64,000 nt of DNA from Candidatus Dasytiphilus stammeri (lineage in GTDB: Bacteria; Pseudomonadota; Gammaproteobacteria; Enterobacterales; Enterobacteriaceae), in the NCBI GenBank assembly GCA_045290365.1, contig CP145882.1:492189-556188 (forward strand), given 5' to 3'. Position numbers and translations under genes: made by a program. Below the pieces are notes generated by a model. It ran no database searches. It worked only from the letters and a program-made list of their open reading frames with translations, and was not told the origin of the DNA. This document shows positions 54,309 to 64,000 of the stretch, piece after piece. Position 1 is the stretch's first letter. Each line of letters opens with the position of its first letter.

Positions 54309-55535
54309 TTATAACATACTTCTACCATAATCCATATTAGTTAGTCCGAAATATTTAGCGATGGTTTGACTAATATCAGCAAATGTTTCACGTTTTCCCA
54401 AATAACCTGGATGAATATTTGGACCATAAATTAATACTGGAATATGTTCTCTTGTATGATCTGTCCCATGCCAAGTAGGATCACAACCATGATCAGCAGT
54501 AATAATTAAGATATCGTTATCTTTTAAGATGGATAATAATTGTGGGATTCTGCGATCGAATAGTTCTAATTCAGTAGCATATCCAGCTACATCGCGGCGA
54601 TGTCCCCAAATTGAATCAAAATCTACAAAATTTGTGAAAACAATAGTATTATCTGTTGCCAATTTAATTTCTTTAATAGTGGCTTCAAATAACTCATGTA
54701 ATCCGGTAGCTTTTACCGACCTAGTAATACCACAGTATGCATATATATCAGCAATTTTACCAATAGAAATGACAGTTCCGGCTTTTTCAATTACAAGTTT
54801 TTTTAACATGGTGGGGGCATGAGGTTCTATAACTAGATCGTACCGATTACTAGTTCTTTTAAAAGTTTTTTTCTTGGTTCCAATAAATGGTCGTGCAATT
54901 ACTCGACATATTTTATATCCTTCTTCATTAAGAGTTTCCCGAGTGATTTTACAGAGTTGATATAAATGATCAAGTCCAAAACTTTCCTCATTACAGGCAA
55001 TTTGAAAAACAGAATCATTAGAAGTATAAAAAATTGGTTTGTGTGTTTTGAAATGTTCTTCACCTAGTTGATTAATAATTACTGTGCCCGAAGCATGACA
55101 ATTACCTAAATATCCTGGAAGTTTTGCACGTTTCATAAGTTGATTAAGTAATTTTTGCGGGAAACTGTTTCTTTTTTTTATGAAATAGTCCCAATTGAAA
55201 AAAACTGGAACCCCGGCCAGTTCCCAGTGCCCAGTTGGAGTATCTTTAGCTGAAGATATTTCACTTGCATAAGCATAGGCTCCAATTATTGGTGTGTTGA
55301 TATTAAGACCCAGTGGAAATTTTCCAGTAGATTGTTCTGCAGCTTTTCCTAATCCCAAAGCGGTCAAATTAGGTAAATTTAGTGGTCCATTGCGTAAATG
55401 ATTGTTAGCATGACCTTTAAAACAAGCTTCAGCAATATGCCCTAAAGTATCCGCCCCTTGATCTCCAAAAATTTTGGCATCATTAGTAGCTCCAATTCCA
55501 AAAGAATCCAATACTATAATAAATGCTCTCTTCAT
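54309..55535 (-). CDS. deoB: Phosphopentomutase
   Basis: [17 protein letters not shown] matches the E. coli DeoB N-terminus. The motifs ADHGCDPT and DHTREHIP are present. The 47 extra codons in the track ORF (to 55676) are an upstream extension. Confidence 0.95.
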   Translation of the reverse strand: MKRAFIIVLDSFGIGATNDAKIFGDQGADTLGHIAEACFKGHANNHLRNGPLNLPNLTALGLGKAAEQSTGKFPLGLNINTPIIGAYAYASEISSAKDTPTGHWELAGVPVFFNWDYFIKKRNSFPQKLLNQLMKRAKLPGYLGNCHASGTVIINQLGEEHFKTHKPIFYTSNDSVFQIACNEESFGLDHLYQLCKITRETLNEEGYKICRVIARPFIGTKKKTFKRTSNRYDLVIEPHAPTMLKKLVIEKAGTVISIGKIADIYAYCGITRSVKATGLHELFEATIKEIKLATDNTIVFTNFVDFDSIWGHRRDVAGYATELELFDRRIPQLLSILKDNDILIITADHGCDPTWHGTDHTREHIPVLIYGPNIHPGYLGKRETFADISQTIAKYFGLTNMDYGRSML

Positions 55536-55555
55536 AATTTTAATTTTAAATTTTA

Positions 55556-55584
55556 CTTGAATATGTTCTTGATTACCCCATATT
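55556..55584 (+). promoter_or_regulatory. Sigma32 (RpoH) heat-shock-type promoter for hslVU
   Basis: CTTGAA (55556-55561), a 14-nt spacer, then CCCCATAT (55576-55583) match the consensus CTTGAA-N13-17-CCCCATnT. The element ends about 64 nt upstream of the hslV ATG. Confidence 0.6.
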
Positions 55585-55647
55585 ATTAATTTATGCAATA
55601 TAAATATTAAATTATATAATGATCTTAGTAAAAAAGAGGGTCTGTCC

Positions 55648-56178
55648 ATGACAACAATAGTAAGCGTGCGTCGCAATGATCAAGTTGTTATCGGCGGCGA
55701 TGGTCAGGTTACCTTTGGTCATACTATAATGAAACGCAATGTCAAAAAAGTCCGTCGTCTCTATAATGATCAGGTGATTGCTGGTTTTGCTGGTGGTACA
55801 GCCGATGCCTTTACACTATTTGAACGTTTTGAACGTAAATTAGGAATTCATCAAGGACATCTTATAAAAGCCGCCGTTGAATTAGCTAAAGACTGGCGCA
55901 CCGATCGGATGTTAAGAAGGCTAGAAGCACTATTAGCCGTCGCAGATGAAAAGGCTTCTTTAATTATTACAGGTAATGGTGATGTTATTCAGCCCGAAAA
56001 TGATCTAATAGCAATTGGATCTGGTGGATGTTATGCTCAGGCAGCCGCTCGAGCAATGTTAGAAACCACTAATTTAAATGCCCTTGACATTACAACAAAA
56101 GCCTTAACAATTGCGGGAGACATCTGTATATATACAAATCAAAATTTTACTGTTGAAGAATTAACCTCTAAAGCGTAA
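55648..56178 (+). CDS. hslV: ATP-dependent protease subunit HslV
   Basis: It starts MTTIVSVRR (the N-terminal Thr nucleophile follows Met removal) and carries [10 protein letters not shown]. Confidence 0.97.
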   Translation: MTTIVSVRRNDQVVIGGDGQVTFGHTIMKRNVKKVRRLYNDQVIAGFAGGTADAFTLFERFERKLGIHQGHLIKAAVELAKDWRTDRMLRRLEALLAVADEKASLIITGNGDVIQPENDLIAIGSGGCYAQAAARAMLETTNLNALDITTKALTIAGDICIYTNQNFTVEELTSKA

Positions 56179-56189
56179 GGATCGTTATT

Positions 56190-57521
56190 ATGTCTCAGAT
56201 GACTCCGCGCGAAATCGTAAGTGAGCTAGACAGATTTATTATTGGTCAGAACCGAGCTAAACGTGCTGTAGCGATAGCTTTGCGCAATCGTTGGCGTCGG
56301 ATGCAGTTAAATGAAGAATTACGTCATGAGGTCACTCCTAAAAACATTCTCATGATTGGTCCCACTGGGGTAGGAAAAACCGAAATTGCTCGACGTTTAG
56401 CTAGATTAGCCAATGCACCATTTATTAAAGTGGAAGCTACCAAATTTACTGAAGTAGGTTATGTAGGTAAGGAAGTAGACTCTATCATACGTGATTTAAC
56501 TGACTCGGCAATTAAAATAGTAAGAATGCGTTCTATGGAAAAAAATAGACAGCGTGCCGAAGAAATGGCTGAAGAACGAATTCTTGAGGTTTTAATTCCT
56601 ACCGCCAAAAATAATTGGGCTCAAGCAGAAACTCCACAAGATATTTCAGCTACACGACAATCATTTAGAAAAAAATTACGTGAAGGAGCATTAGATGATA
56701 AAGAAATTGAAATTAATCTAAGTACTGCGCCAATGGGGATAGAAATTATGGCTCCTCCTGGAATGGAGGAGATGACCAGTCAATTACAGTCTATGTTTCA
56801 AAATTTAAGTGGCCAGAAGCAAAAGACGCATAAGCTAAAAATAGCAGATGCCATGAAACTTGTAATAGAAGAAGAATCTGCTAGATTAATAAATCCTGAA
56901 GAATTAAAACAGGAAGCTATTGAAGCCGTAGAACAACATGGTATCGTATTCATTGATGAAATTGATAAAATTTGTAAAAGAGGAGAATCCTCTGGACCAG
57001 ATATATCTCGTGAAGGTGTACAAAGAGATCTGCTTCCATTAGTTGAGGGTTGCAATGTCTCAACGAAACATGGAATGGTAAAAACGGATCATATTTTATT
57101 TATTGCTTCTGGAGCCTTCCAAGTCTCTAGTCCTTCGGATTTAATTCCTGAGCTTCAAGGACGTCTCCCAATTCGGGTAGAATTACAGGCTTTAACAACT
57201 AAGGATTTTGAGCGGATTCTTACGGAACCCAGTGCATCCGTAACTATACAGTATAAAGCCCTTATGGCTACCGAAGGAGTAAAAATTGAATTTACCGTTG
57301 ATGGTATTCGCCGGATTGCAGAAGCCGCTTGGCAAGTTAATGAATCTACTGAAAATATTGGTGCTCGCCGATTACATACGGTATTAGAGCGTCTCATGGA
57401 GGAAATTTCTTATGACGCGAGTGATCGTAGTGGTGAATCAATTATTATTGATGCACCATATGTTGGTGATCACTTAGATAAATTAGTTGCAGATGAAGAT
57501 TTAAGTAGATTTATTTTATAA
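56190..57521 (+). CDS. hslU: ATP-dependent protease ATPase subunit HslU
   Basis: It carries [11 protein letters not shown], the Walker A motif [23 protein letters not shown] and the C-terminus DEDLSRFIL. Confidence 0.97.
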   Translation: MSQMTPREIVSELDRFIIGQNRAKRAVAIALRNRWRRMQLNEELRHEVTPKNILMIGPTGVGKTEIARRLARLANAPFIKVEATKFTEVGYVGKEVDSIIRDLTDSAIKIVRMRSMEKNRQRAEEMAEERILEVLIPTAKNNWAQAETPQDISATRQSFRKKLREGALDDKEIEINLSTAPMGIEIMAPPGMEEMTSQLQSMFQNLSGQKQKTHKLKIADAMKLVIEEESARLINPEELKQEAIEAVEQHGIVFIDEIDKICKRGESSGPDISREGVQRDLLPLVEGCNVSTKHGMVKTDHILFIASGAFQVSSPSDLIPELQGRLPIRVELQALTTKDFERILTEPSASVTIQYKALMATEGVKIEFTVDGIRRIAEAAWQVNESTENIGARRLHTVLERLMEEISYDASDRSGESIIIDAPYVGDHLDKLVADEDLSRFIL

Positions 57522-57708
57522 ATTAACTTAATTATCAATTAATAATTTGATTATACTGCTCTAATAAAATTGTCATTCCTAATCTCAATAAATAGAACGT
57601 TATTTTCTATCAATAAAAGTTATTATGAAGATATCATTCATTAACTTTTTATACATAGTTTTTATGTTTACCATATAATTTTATTTTCCTGGTATTGAAG
57701 AGATCAAC

Positions 57709-57726
57709 TAGCTGTATATACAGCTA
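57709..57726. repeat. 18-nt perfect palindrome TAGCTGTATATACAGCTA upstream of glpK
   Basis: The sequence is exactly self-complementary and lies 70 nt before the glpK ATG, within the hslU-glpK spacer. Confidence 0.85.
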
Positions 57727-57795
57727 TGTTAATAATATGGTTTTATTTTTCTCATTTAGTTAACTTATTAACATTTAAAATATCAGGAAATATTT

Positions 57796-59301
57796 ATGTC
57801 TCTAGATAAAAAATATATTGTTGCTCTGGATCAAGGGACAACCAGTTCACGTGCTGTAGTACTAGATCATGATGTAAATATCATTGCAATTTCACAACGT
57901 GAGCTTAAACAAATTTATCCTCAAGCTGGTTGGGTTGAACATGATCCATTAGATATTTGGGCTTCTCAGTGTTCTACTTTAGTAGAAGCTCTAGCACAGG
58001 CAGATATTAGTTGTGATCAGATTGCTGGAATGGGAATTACGAATCAACGAGAAACTACAGTAATTTGGGATAAAAAAACCGGACGCCCGGTTTATAATGC
58101 TATTGTATGGCAATGTTCTCGTACTGCAGACATTTGTGAACAGTTAAAAAAAGCAGGTTTAGAAAATTATATTCGTGAAACCACCGGACTTTTTATTAAT
58201 CCATATTTTTCTGCCACCAAAGTAAAATGGATTTTAGATCATGTTTCAGGTGTACGTGAAAAAGCTAAACGTGGAGAATTATTATTTGGTACAATTGATA
58301 CCTGGTTAATTTGGAGAATGACTCAGGGACGTATTCATGTTACTGATTATACTAATGCTTCACGTACTATGTTATTTAACATTCATACCTTACAATGGGA
58401 TCAACAGTTATTAGATATCTTTGAGATCCCACATTTAATCTTACCACAAGTTCGTCCTTCATCCGAAGTTTATGGATATACTAATGTATGTGGAATTCTG
58501 GGTAAAAATATTTCGATAGCTGGGATAGCAGGAGACCAACAGGCGGCTCTTTATGGTCAGCTTTGTGTAAATTTTGGTATGACTAAAAACACTTATGGTA
58601 CCGGATGTTTTATGTTAATGAATACTAAAGAGACAGCAATTAATTCTCAGCATGGTTTATTAACTACTATAGTTTGTGGTCCTCATGGAGAAGTAAACTA
58701 TGCACTAGAAGGTACAGTATTTATTGGTGGAGCATCTATCCAGTGGTTACGTGATGAAATGAAATTAATAAATCATGCAGAAGATTCCGAATATTTTGCT
58801 AATAAAGTAAGAAATACTAATGGAATTTATGTTGTTCCAGCGTTTACTGGGTTAGGAGCACCTTATTGGAATCCCTATGCGCGCGGTGCAATCTTTGGTA
58901 TCACTCGTGGTGCTAATTATAACCATATAATTCGTGCGACTTTAGAATCTATTGCTTATCAAACTCGTGATGTTCTTGAAGCAATGCAATCAGATGCTAA
59001 TCTTCAAATAAAGATATTACGTGTAGATGGAGGTGCGATTGCAAATAATTTTCTCATGCAATTTCAATCAGATATTCTTGGCTTAACTATAGAACGTCCA
59101 AAATTGCGCGAAGTTACTGTCCTAGGTGCGGCTTTTCTAGCTGGTTTAGCAGTAGGGTACTGGGTAGATTTAGATGAAGTAGCTACGAAATTAATAATTG
59201 AACAAAAATTTGTTCCTAATATGAAAGAATATGAAAGAGATGATAGGTATGCTAATTGGAAAAAAGCGGTGTCCTTAATACAAGAATGGAAAAACTATTG
59301 A
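57796..59301 (+). CDS. glpK: Glycerol kinase
   Basis: It carries [26 protein letters not shown] and GDQQAAL. It is 501 aa long. Confidence 0.97.
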   Translation: MSLDKKYIVALDQGTTSSRAVVLDHDVNIIAISQRELKQIYPQAGWVEHDPLDIWASQCSTLVEALAQADISCDQIAGMGITNQRETTVIWDKKTGRPVYNAIVWQCSRTADICEQLKKAGLENYIRETTGLFINPYFSATKVKWILDHVSGVREKAKRGELLFGTIDTWLIWRMTQGRIHVTDYTNASRTMLFNIHTLQWDQQLLDIFEIPHLILPQVRPSSEVYGYTNVCGILGKNISIAGIAGDQQAALYGQLCVNFGMTKNTYGTGCFMLMNTKETAINSQHGLLTTIVCGPHGEVNYALEGTVFIGGASIQWLRDEMKLINHAEDSEYFANKVRNTNGIYVVPAFTGLGAPYWNPYARGAIFGITRGANYNHIIRATLESIAYQTRDVLEAMQSDANLQIKILRVDGGAIANNFLMQFQSDILGLTIERPKLREVTVLGAAFLAGLAVGYWVDLDEVATKLIIEQKFVPNMKEYERDDRYANWKKAVSLIQEWKNY

Positions 59302-59371
59302 TTGATGACTCGATTCTGGCAATAATTACTATTTTAATTCAGTTTCAATATAATACTAAGGAACCAATCAA

Positions 59372-60124
59372 ATGAATAATTGGGTCGTGGCCAAAGTTAT
59401 AGAAGTAATCCATTGGACGGATAATTTATTTACTATTAAGCTTGAAGCTCCAGTATCTCCTTTTATGGCAGGACAATTTACAAAACTGGCGATTAAAATT
59501 GATAATAAATATAGACAACGTGCTTATTCTTATGTAAATGCTCCTAGTAATAAGATTTTAGAGTTCTATTTAGTAGCAGTTCCAGGAGGTAAATTAAGTC
59601 CATATTTATTTGAGTTAAAAAAAGGAAATAATCTTTTAATTGCTAAAGAAGCCACGGGATTTTTTGTATTAAGTGAAATTCCTGAATGTAATATTTTATG
59701 GATGTTAGCAACTGGTACGGCAATTGGACCATATTTGTCAATGCTTCAGGAAGAAAAAGATTTAGATAGATTTCAGTATCTCGTGTTAGTTCATGCGGTA
59801 CGTTATGCACAAGATTTATGTTATTTATCACTTATGCAACAACTAAAGCATCTTTATAATGGAAAATTAAAAATTCAAACTATAATTAGTGGTGAAAATT
59901 TTAATGGTTCACTTTGTGGACGTATACCTAATTTAATAAAAAATGGTGATTTAGAAAAAATAGTAAATCTTCCACTTGATGCGGTGAGTAGCCATATAAT
60001 GTTGTGTGGAAACCCTAATATGGTACGAGAAACCATAAAAATCTTACAAGATACTCGCAACATGCATAAACATTTAAGGCGTGGCTCTACTATTGGTCAT
60101 ATAACTACTGAACATTATTGGTAA
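59372..60124 (+). CDS. fpr: Ferredoxin/flavodoxin--NADP+ reductase
   Basis: It carries RAYSYVN, LATGTAIGPY and the C-terminus TEHYW, as in E. coli Fpr. Confidence 0.92.
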   Translation: MNNWVVAKVIEVIHWTDNLFTIKLEAPVSPFMAGQFTKLAIKIDNKYRQRAYSYVNAPSNKILEFYLVAVPGGKLSPYLFELKKGNNLLIAKEATGFFVLSEIPECNILWMLATGTAIGPYLSMLQEEKDLDRFQYLVLVHAVRYAQDLCYLSLMQQLKHLYNGKLKIQTIISGENFNGSLCGRIPNLIKNGDLEKIVNLPLDAVSSHIMLCGNPNMVRETIKILQDTRNMHKHLRRGSTIGHITTEHYW

Positions 60125-60164
60125 TTAGATAAATGATTAATTGATAAAAATATTAGGTGATCAA

Positions 60165-60938
60165 ATGCGTTTTCCGTTAGTGATAGGTAATTGGAAATTA
60201 TATGGTGATAAAAAAATCATTCATGATTTCATAGTAAAGTTATGTAGTAATTTAAAAAATTTTAAAAGATGTAAAGTAATAATTGCTCCACCCTTAATTT
60301 ATTTAGATTATGTAAAAAATCTCCTTAATGACAGTTTTATCGAAATATGTGCTCAAAATGTAGATATTAATTTATCTGGTGCTTTTACTGGAGATATATC
60401 TGCTCATATGATAAAAGATATTGGAGCACGATACATTATCATCGGACATTCCGAACGTCGGATACATCATAAAGAGAACGATAAATTAATAGCTCAAAAA
60501 TTTTCAGTATCAAAAAGTGTAGGACTGATACCAGTACTTTGTATAGGTGAGACTAAACAAGAATATGAAACTGGTAGTACTGAAAAAGTTTGTATTAGAC
60601 AAATTAACGCTATTTTAAATAAACACGGAATAGAAGCTTTTCAAAATGCAATAGTTGCGTATGAACCCATTTGGGCCATTGGAACTGGCAAATCTGCGAA
60701 ACCTGATCATACCCAATATGTACATAAGTTTATACGTGAATATCTCGCTAATAAAAATCACGAAATCGCTGATAATTTGATTATCCAATATGGTGGTTCA
60801 GTAAATTCATCAAATGCTGCAGAATTATTTTCACAACCTGATATTGATGGAGCATTAGTAGGGGCCGCATCTTTAAATGCGGTAGTTTTTAATGATATAA
60901 TAAATGCGGTAATTAAAGCAAAATTAGGTTATTCATAG
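60165..60938 (+). CDS. tpiA: Triosephosphate isomerase
   Basis: It carries [30 protein letters not shown] and YGGSV. The ATG at 60165 is preceded by AGGTGA. The track TTG at 60141 is an upstream extension. Confidence 0.96.
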   Translation: MRFPLVIGNWKLYGDKKIIHDFIVKLCSNLKNFKRCKVIIAPPLIYLDYVKNLLNDSFIEICAQNVDINLSGAFTGDISAHMIKDIGARYIIIGHSERRIHHKENDKLIAQKFSVSKSVGLIPVLCIGETKQEYETGSTEKVCIRQINAILNKHGIEAFQNAIVAYEPIWAIGTGKSAKPDHTQYVHKFIREYLANKNHEIADNLIIQYGGSVNSSNAAELFSQPDIDGALVGAASLNAVVFNDIINAVIKAKLGYS

Positions 60939-60945
60939 TTTTAAT

Positions 60946-61854
60946 CTAGTGATTTGGTGCATTTTTTTTATCCCTTGAGATAACTAAATAGGGATCCTGA
61001 CGGATAATAATATCAGAACTAGGAAAATGTTTTAATAAAGTTTGTTCTACTTGTATTGTAATATGATGTACTTGACTTAAAGTTAAATAATCATCCATTT
61101 CCAAATGAAGTTGAATAAAGCGCGTTTGTCCAGATTGTCTCGTTCGCAATTTATGAATTCTAATCACACCAGGCCAAGAAGTTACCAGACTAATAATTTT
61201 TTCAATTTCCTCATTTGGTAATGCACGATCTAAAAGAGATTGGATAGCTTGATAACCCATATTTAAGGCACTGTAAAGAATCCAAATTCCTATAATGAAA
61301 GCAAAAAAAGCATCCGCCCATTTTAATCCATAACTACTTAGTAACAATGCACTTATGATTGCTCCATACACTAAAATATCAGATTTATAATGAATCATAT
61401 CAGCTTGCACTGCTTGACTATAAGTTTTTTGTATAACCCATTGTTGAAAAATAACTAAAATTAATGTAAAGATAAGAGCAATAAATGCCACAATAATTCC
61501 AAATATAGGATATTGCATAGTAGTAGTTGGTTTTGCTAGATGATGTATTCCAGTAAGAACTAAAAATAATGCTGAACCAGCTACAAACATACTTTGAGCA
61601 AGAGCTGCTAAAGATTCTGCTTTACCGTGACCAAAAGTATGTTCTTCATCGGCGGGTTGTAATGAATAACGAACTATTAATAGGTTAGTGATAGAAGCAG
61701 CTATATCTACTAGTGAATCTACTAATCCTGCCAGCATACTAACTGATCCAGTATTCCACCATGCTAAAAATTTAATTAAAAAGAGTGTAATAGCAAGTAA
61801 CGCAGCAGCAAGCGATGCATTATTAACCATACGAGAATATTGATGGTGCATCAA
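60946..61854 (-). CDS. fieF: Cation-diffusion-facilitator Fe/Zn efflux transporter
   Basis: The segment [47 protein letters not shown] is nearly identical to E. coli FieF. It is convergent with tpiA with a 7-nt spacer. Confidence 0.94.
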   Translation of the reverse strand: MMHHQYSRMVNNASLAAALLAITLFLIKFLAWWNTGSVSMLAGLVDSLVDIAASITNLLIVRYSLQPADEEHTFGHGKAESLAALAQSMFVAGSALFLVLTGIHHLAKPTTTMQYPIFGIIVAFIALIFTLILVIFQQWVIQKTYSQAVQADMIHYKSDILVYGAIISALLLSSYGLKWADAFFAFIIGIWILYSALNMGYQAIQSLLDRALPNEEIEKIISLVTSWPGVIRIHKLRTRQSGQTRFIQLHLEMDDYLTLSQVHHITIQVEQTLLKHFPSSDIIIRQDPYLVISRDKKNAPNH

Positions 61855-61889
61855 TTTATTATCCGATCATAAAATAATAAATACACCTC

Positions 61890-62324
61890 TTATCTCCTAA
61901 CTAATGGTAAATTAGCTTTATTCCATCCATTAATACCTGATTCTAGTATAAAAACTTTTTTAAAACCTGATTCAGTTAATTTTATTGCAGAATCAATTTG
62001 TTTCATTCCATGAGTATCTGTACTAACAATAATAATAGGAACTAATTGATAGTTATCAATGATTTGATATTTACCTTTTTTGATATCACTAGCCAATATA
62101 TTTATAGAATTATAAATATGACCTTGACAATATTCTTCATATGAACGTATATCAATTACTTTAGCATTAGCTTTATTAATTAAGAGAGTAGCTTCATTAC
62201 AACTAATGGTTTTAAATTTATAAAAATATGTTTGAATTGTAGAAAATACTAAAAAAAACAATAACATAATCCAACTAATAAATAATACTGGATGGTTACT
62301 GTAAAATTGCACTATTTGTTGCAT
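61890..62324 (-). CDS. yibN: Rhodanese-domain inner-membrane protein YibN
   Basis: MQQIVQFYSNHPVLFISWIMLL... and the C-terminus GINGWNKANLPLVRR align with E. coli YibN (MQEIMQFVGRHPIL...GWAGENLPLVRGK). Confidence 0.85.
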   Translation of the reverse strand: MQQIVQFYSNHPVLFISWIMLLFFLVFSTIQTYFYKFKTISCNEATLLINKANAKVIDIRSYEEYCQGHIYNSINILASDIKKGKYQIIDNYQLVPIIIVSTDTHGMKQIDSAIKLTESGFKKVFILESGINGWNKANLPLVRR

Positions 62325-62701
62325 TCGGTAACAACTCCTCATCAATATTAATTATTATATAGTAAAATTTATAATATAGTTCTCAGGATAGGCTAACCTT
62401 TTAAAAAAAGCTAAATATCGTTTAATAAAATCTCCAATGAAATTTATCAATATACATTTAGATATTTTTAATCTTGTAGATCGAATATTTGATAAGGCTA
62501 TAGCTCATAATAAAAACTCTGCTTACCTAAGGTAATTAATGATTTTTATTATGAATCTCTATGTTACTAAATAGATAAGATTTTTCATATTTAAAAAATT
62601 CTGAGCGATGATTTATTATTTTAGTTGCTATTTATCAATAGAAGTGCGTTTTTAATCAGTATTAAAAGCATTAAGAAAATTAATTTGAAAAACCTCGGAT
62701 G

Positions 62702-63511
62702 TTACTTTTGGCATTTAATGCAAAAAAAGGTACTGCGTTGTCTATACTTAATATGTTCAATTAATGTACCACATTTATTGCATGATTTACCTGTTCTACC
62801 ATATACCTGAATTTTTTGATAAAAATTTCCTATTAATCCTTCTGGATTAGTGAAATTACGTAAGGTTGTTCCTCCGCATATAATCGCACATTGTAAAACT
62901 GTTTTAATAGCACTCACCAATCTGTTAGTTTCACACAAAGTTAACGTTAAGGCCCGTCTCGTAGGATTAATGCCAGCTCTGAATAAAGATTCATTTGCAT
63001 AAATATTGCCAATTCCTACCACGAATTGATTATCCATTAACCACGGTTTCACTGCTACATGCTTATGGCGAGATTTTATGAACAAATAACTACTAGAAAA
63101 TTCTTTACTTAATGGCTCTGGTCCTAATTTTTGTAATTTAGAACATTTATAAGGATCATCACTCCAGATCCAATATCCAAAACGTCGCGGATCCGTATAA
63201 CGGATCACTTTTTTATTATTTATTACTAAATCTATATGGTCATGTTTCGTTGGTATTCTTCCTGAGGGAAGAATACGTAAACTACCTGACATACCTAAAT
63301 GGATAATTAGATATCCTTCACTTAATTTTATTATAATATATCTCGCACGACGTTGTATGCCTAATATCTTTTGATAATTAATTGTATATATTTCCTTGGA
63401 TACTGGAAATCTTAAATTTCCATTTCTTACTTCTGAATTTATAATCGTTGTACCTAATAGAGATAATCTCATACTATGACAAATATTTTCGACTTCTGGT
63501 AATTCTGGCAT
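62702..63511 (-). CDS. mutM: Formamidopyrimidine-DNA glycosylase
   Basis: It has the N-terminal MPELPEVE and a C-terminal zinc finger C.KCG......R.TFFC..CQ. It lies 14 nt downstream of rpmG, matching the rpmB-rpmG-mutM operon order. Confidence 0.96.
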   Translation of the reverse strand: MPELPEVENICHSMRLSLLGTTIINSEVRNGNLRFPVSKEIYTINYQKILGIQRRARYIIIKLSEGYLIIHLGMSGSLRILPSGRIPTKHDHIDLVINNKKVIRYTDPRRFGYWIWSDDPYKCSKLQKLGPEPLSKEFSSSYLFIKSRHKHVAVKPWLMDNQFVVGIGNIYANESLFRAGINPTRRALTLTLCETNRLVSAIKTVLQCAIICGGTTLRNFTNPEGLIGNFYQKIQVYGRTGKSCNKCGTLIEHIKYRQRSTFFCIKCQK

Positions 63512-63525
63512 AAAGCTCCATATTT

Positions 63526-63693
63526 TTAAATTTTATTTTCCTTGTAGATTACATATTTACGGATTTTTGGATCAAATTTTCTTAATTCTATTTTTTGATT
63601 TGGGGTGTTTTTTTTTCTGGTAGTAGTATAAAAATGTCCGGTTCCTGCTGAAGAAACTAATTTTATTTTTGTTCTTATTGCTTTTTTAGCCAT
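63526..63693 (-). CDS. rpmG: 50S ribosomal protein L33 (55 aa)
   Basis: This ORF is not in the track because it is under 60 aa. Hand translation gives [55 protein letters not shown], which matches E. coli L33. It starts 1 nt after the rpmB stop. Confidence 0.93.
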   Translation of the reverse strand: MAKKAIRTKIKLVSSAGTGHFYTTTRKKNTPNQKIELRKFDPKIRKYVIYKENKI

Positions 63694-63694
63694 T

Positions 63695-63937
63695 TTAAAA
63701 TTTCCTTAATTTTTTACGGGAGCTTACATTTGTCAGGATAGAATCCAGACCCTTTTTATCAATCATACGAATTCCCTTTGCAGAGACACGTAGTCTAATA
63801 AAACGATTTTCACTTTCTATCCAAAAATTATGATAATGTAAGTTGGGTAAAAACCGGCGCTTTGTAGCATTCATTGCATGTGAGCGATGATTGCCTACTA
63901 TTGGACGTTTCCCAGTTATCTGACAGACTTTTGTCAT
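63695..63937 (-). CDS. rpmB: 50S ribosomal protein L28
   Basis: It reads [57 protein letters not shown]. Confidence 0.96.
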   Translation of the reverse strand: MTKVCQITGKRPIVGNHRSHAMNATKRRFLPNLHYHNFWIESENRFIRLRVSAKGIRMIDKKGLDSILTNVSSRKKLRKF

Positions 63938-64000
63938 AATATTCCTCTATGTACTTATTAAATTTTATTTCAAGATATCTTTTTATGATCAAAATAAACT

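Noticed and set aside
54309-55676. The long version of deoB (455 aa), which would overlap the hslV start.
   Set aside because: The conserved DeoB N-terminus [16 protein letters not shown] begins at the ATG at 55535. The 47 upstream codons have no homology and would cover the hslVU promoter.
62496-62507. A GGCTATAGCTCA motif in the yibN-mutM spacer that looks like a tRNA acceptor and D-arm 5' end.
   Set aside because: The downstream sequence (TAATAAAAACTCTGCTTACC...) cannot form anticodon and T arms or a complementary 3' acceptor strand. At most it is a decayed fragment.
62625-62810. A 61-aa + strand ORF at the mutM 3' end.
   Set aside because: It overlaps mutM in antisense and is otherwise AT-rich spacer. 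It has no recognisable motif.
1-64000. Mobile elements, prophage, CRISPR arrays, rRNA genes, and toxin-antitoxin or defence islands.
   Set aside because: I saw no transposase, integrase or phage-like ORFs, no regularly spaced direct-repeat arrays, and no rRNA-like GC-rich blocks. Every ORF of 100 aa or more is accounted for by a housekeeping gene or by the two-gene module at 39.5-40.9 kb.

Overview
This is an AT-rich, gene-dense window that looks like a reduced (endosymbiont-style) gammaproteobacterial chromosome. I can support about 60 protein genes, 5 tRNAs, one frameshifted gene, and a few hairpins and promoters. It contains no rRNA, IS element, prophage, CRISPR array or obvious defence island. 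The window is a mosaic of blocks that each match E. coli-type local gene order:
- xseA/guaBA
- fabA-ycbZ-ompA
- pyrC-rdgB
- ssb and dnaB
- apaH-apaG-rsmA-pdxA-surA and djlA
- the dcw cluster
- secA-yacG-coaE
- fmt-def/tsaC-aroE
- trpT-maoP
- trxA-rho-argX/hisR/leuT/proM
- dapF-uvrD-corA-yigL-metE-fre
- metA, plsB and deoBD
- hslVU-glpK-fpr-tpiA-fieF
- yibN and mutM-rpmG-rpmB

The main signal is what is missing at precise syntenic positions. The dcw cluster keeps rsmH, murE, murF, mraY, murD, murG, murC and ddlB intact. It has only short non-coding scars where mraZ, ftsL-ftsI, ftsW and ftsQ-ftsA-ftsZ-lpxC belong. The slots of zapD, matP, sulA, zapB, ftsN, xerC and lptD are empty too. This suggests FtsZ-independent division that still uses peptidoglycan, and a remodelled, possibly LPS-free envelope, unless these genes were moved elsewhere in the genome.

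Other points of interest:
- A DUF721/DciA-like gene sits divergent from secA where enteric bacteria carry secM.
- coaE is broken by a 1-nt loss in a poly(A) tract, so it may be rescued by transcriptional slippage.
- mraY has an in-frame TAG in its ancestral 5' end.
- A two-gene OmpA-like plus YsnF/AvaK-like module has no counterpart in E. coli gene order.
- An orphan tRNA-Trp looks like the remnant of an rRNA operon.
- hslVU has a textbook sigma32-type promoter.
- Several long perfect palindromes sit in deletion scars.

All homology calls come from reading the translations against remembered reference sequences. No searches were run.
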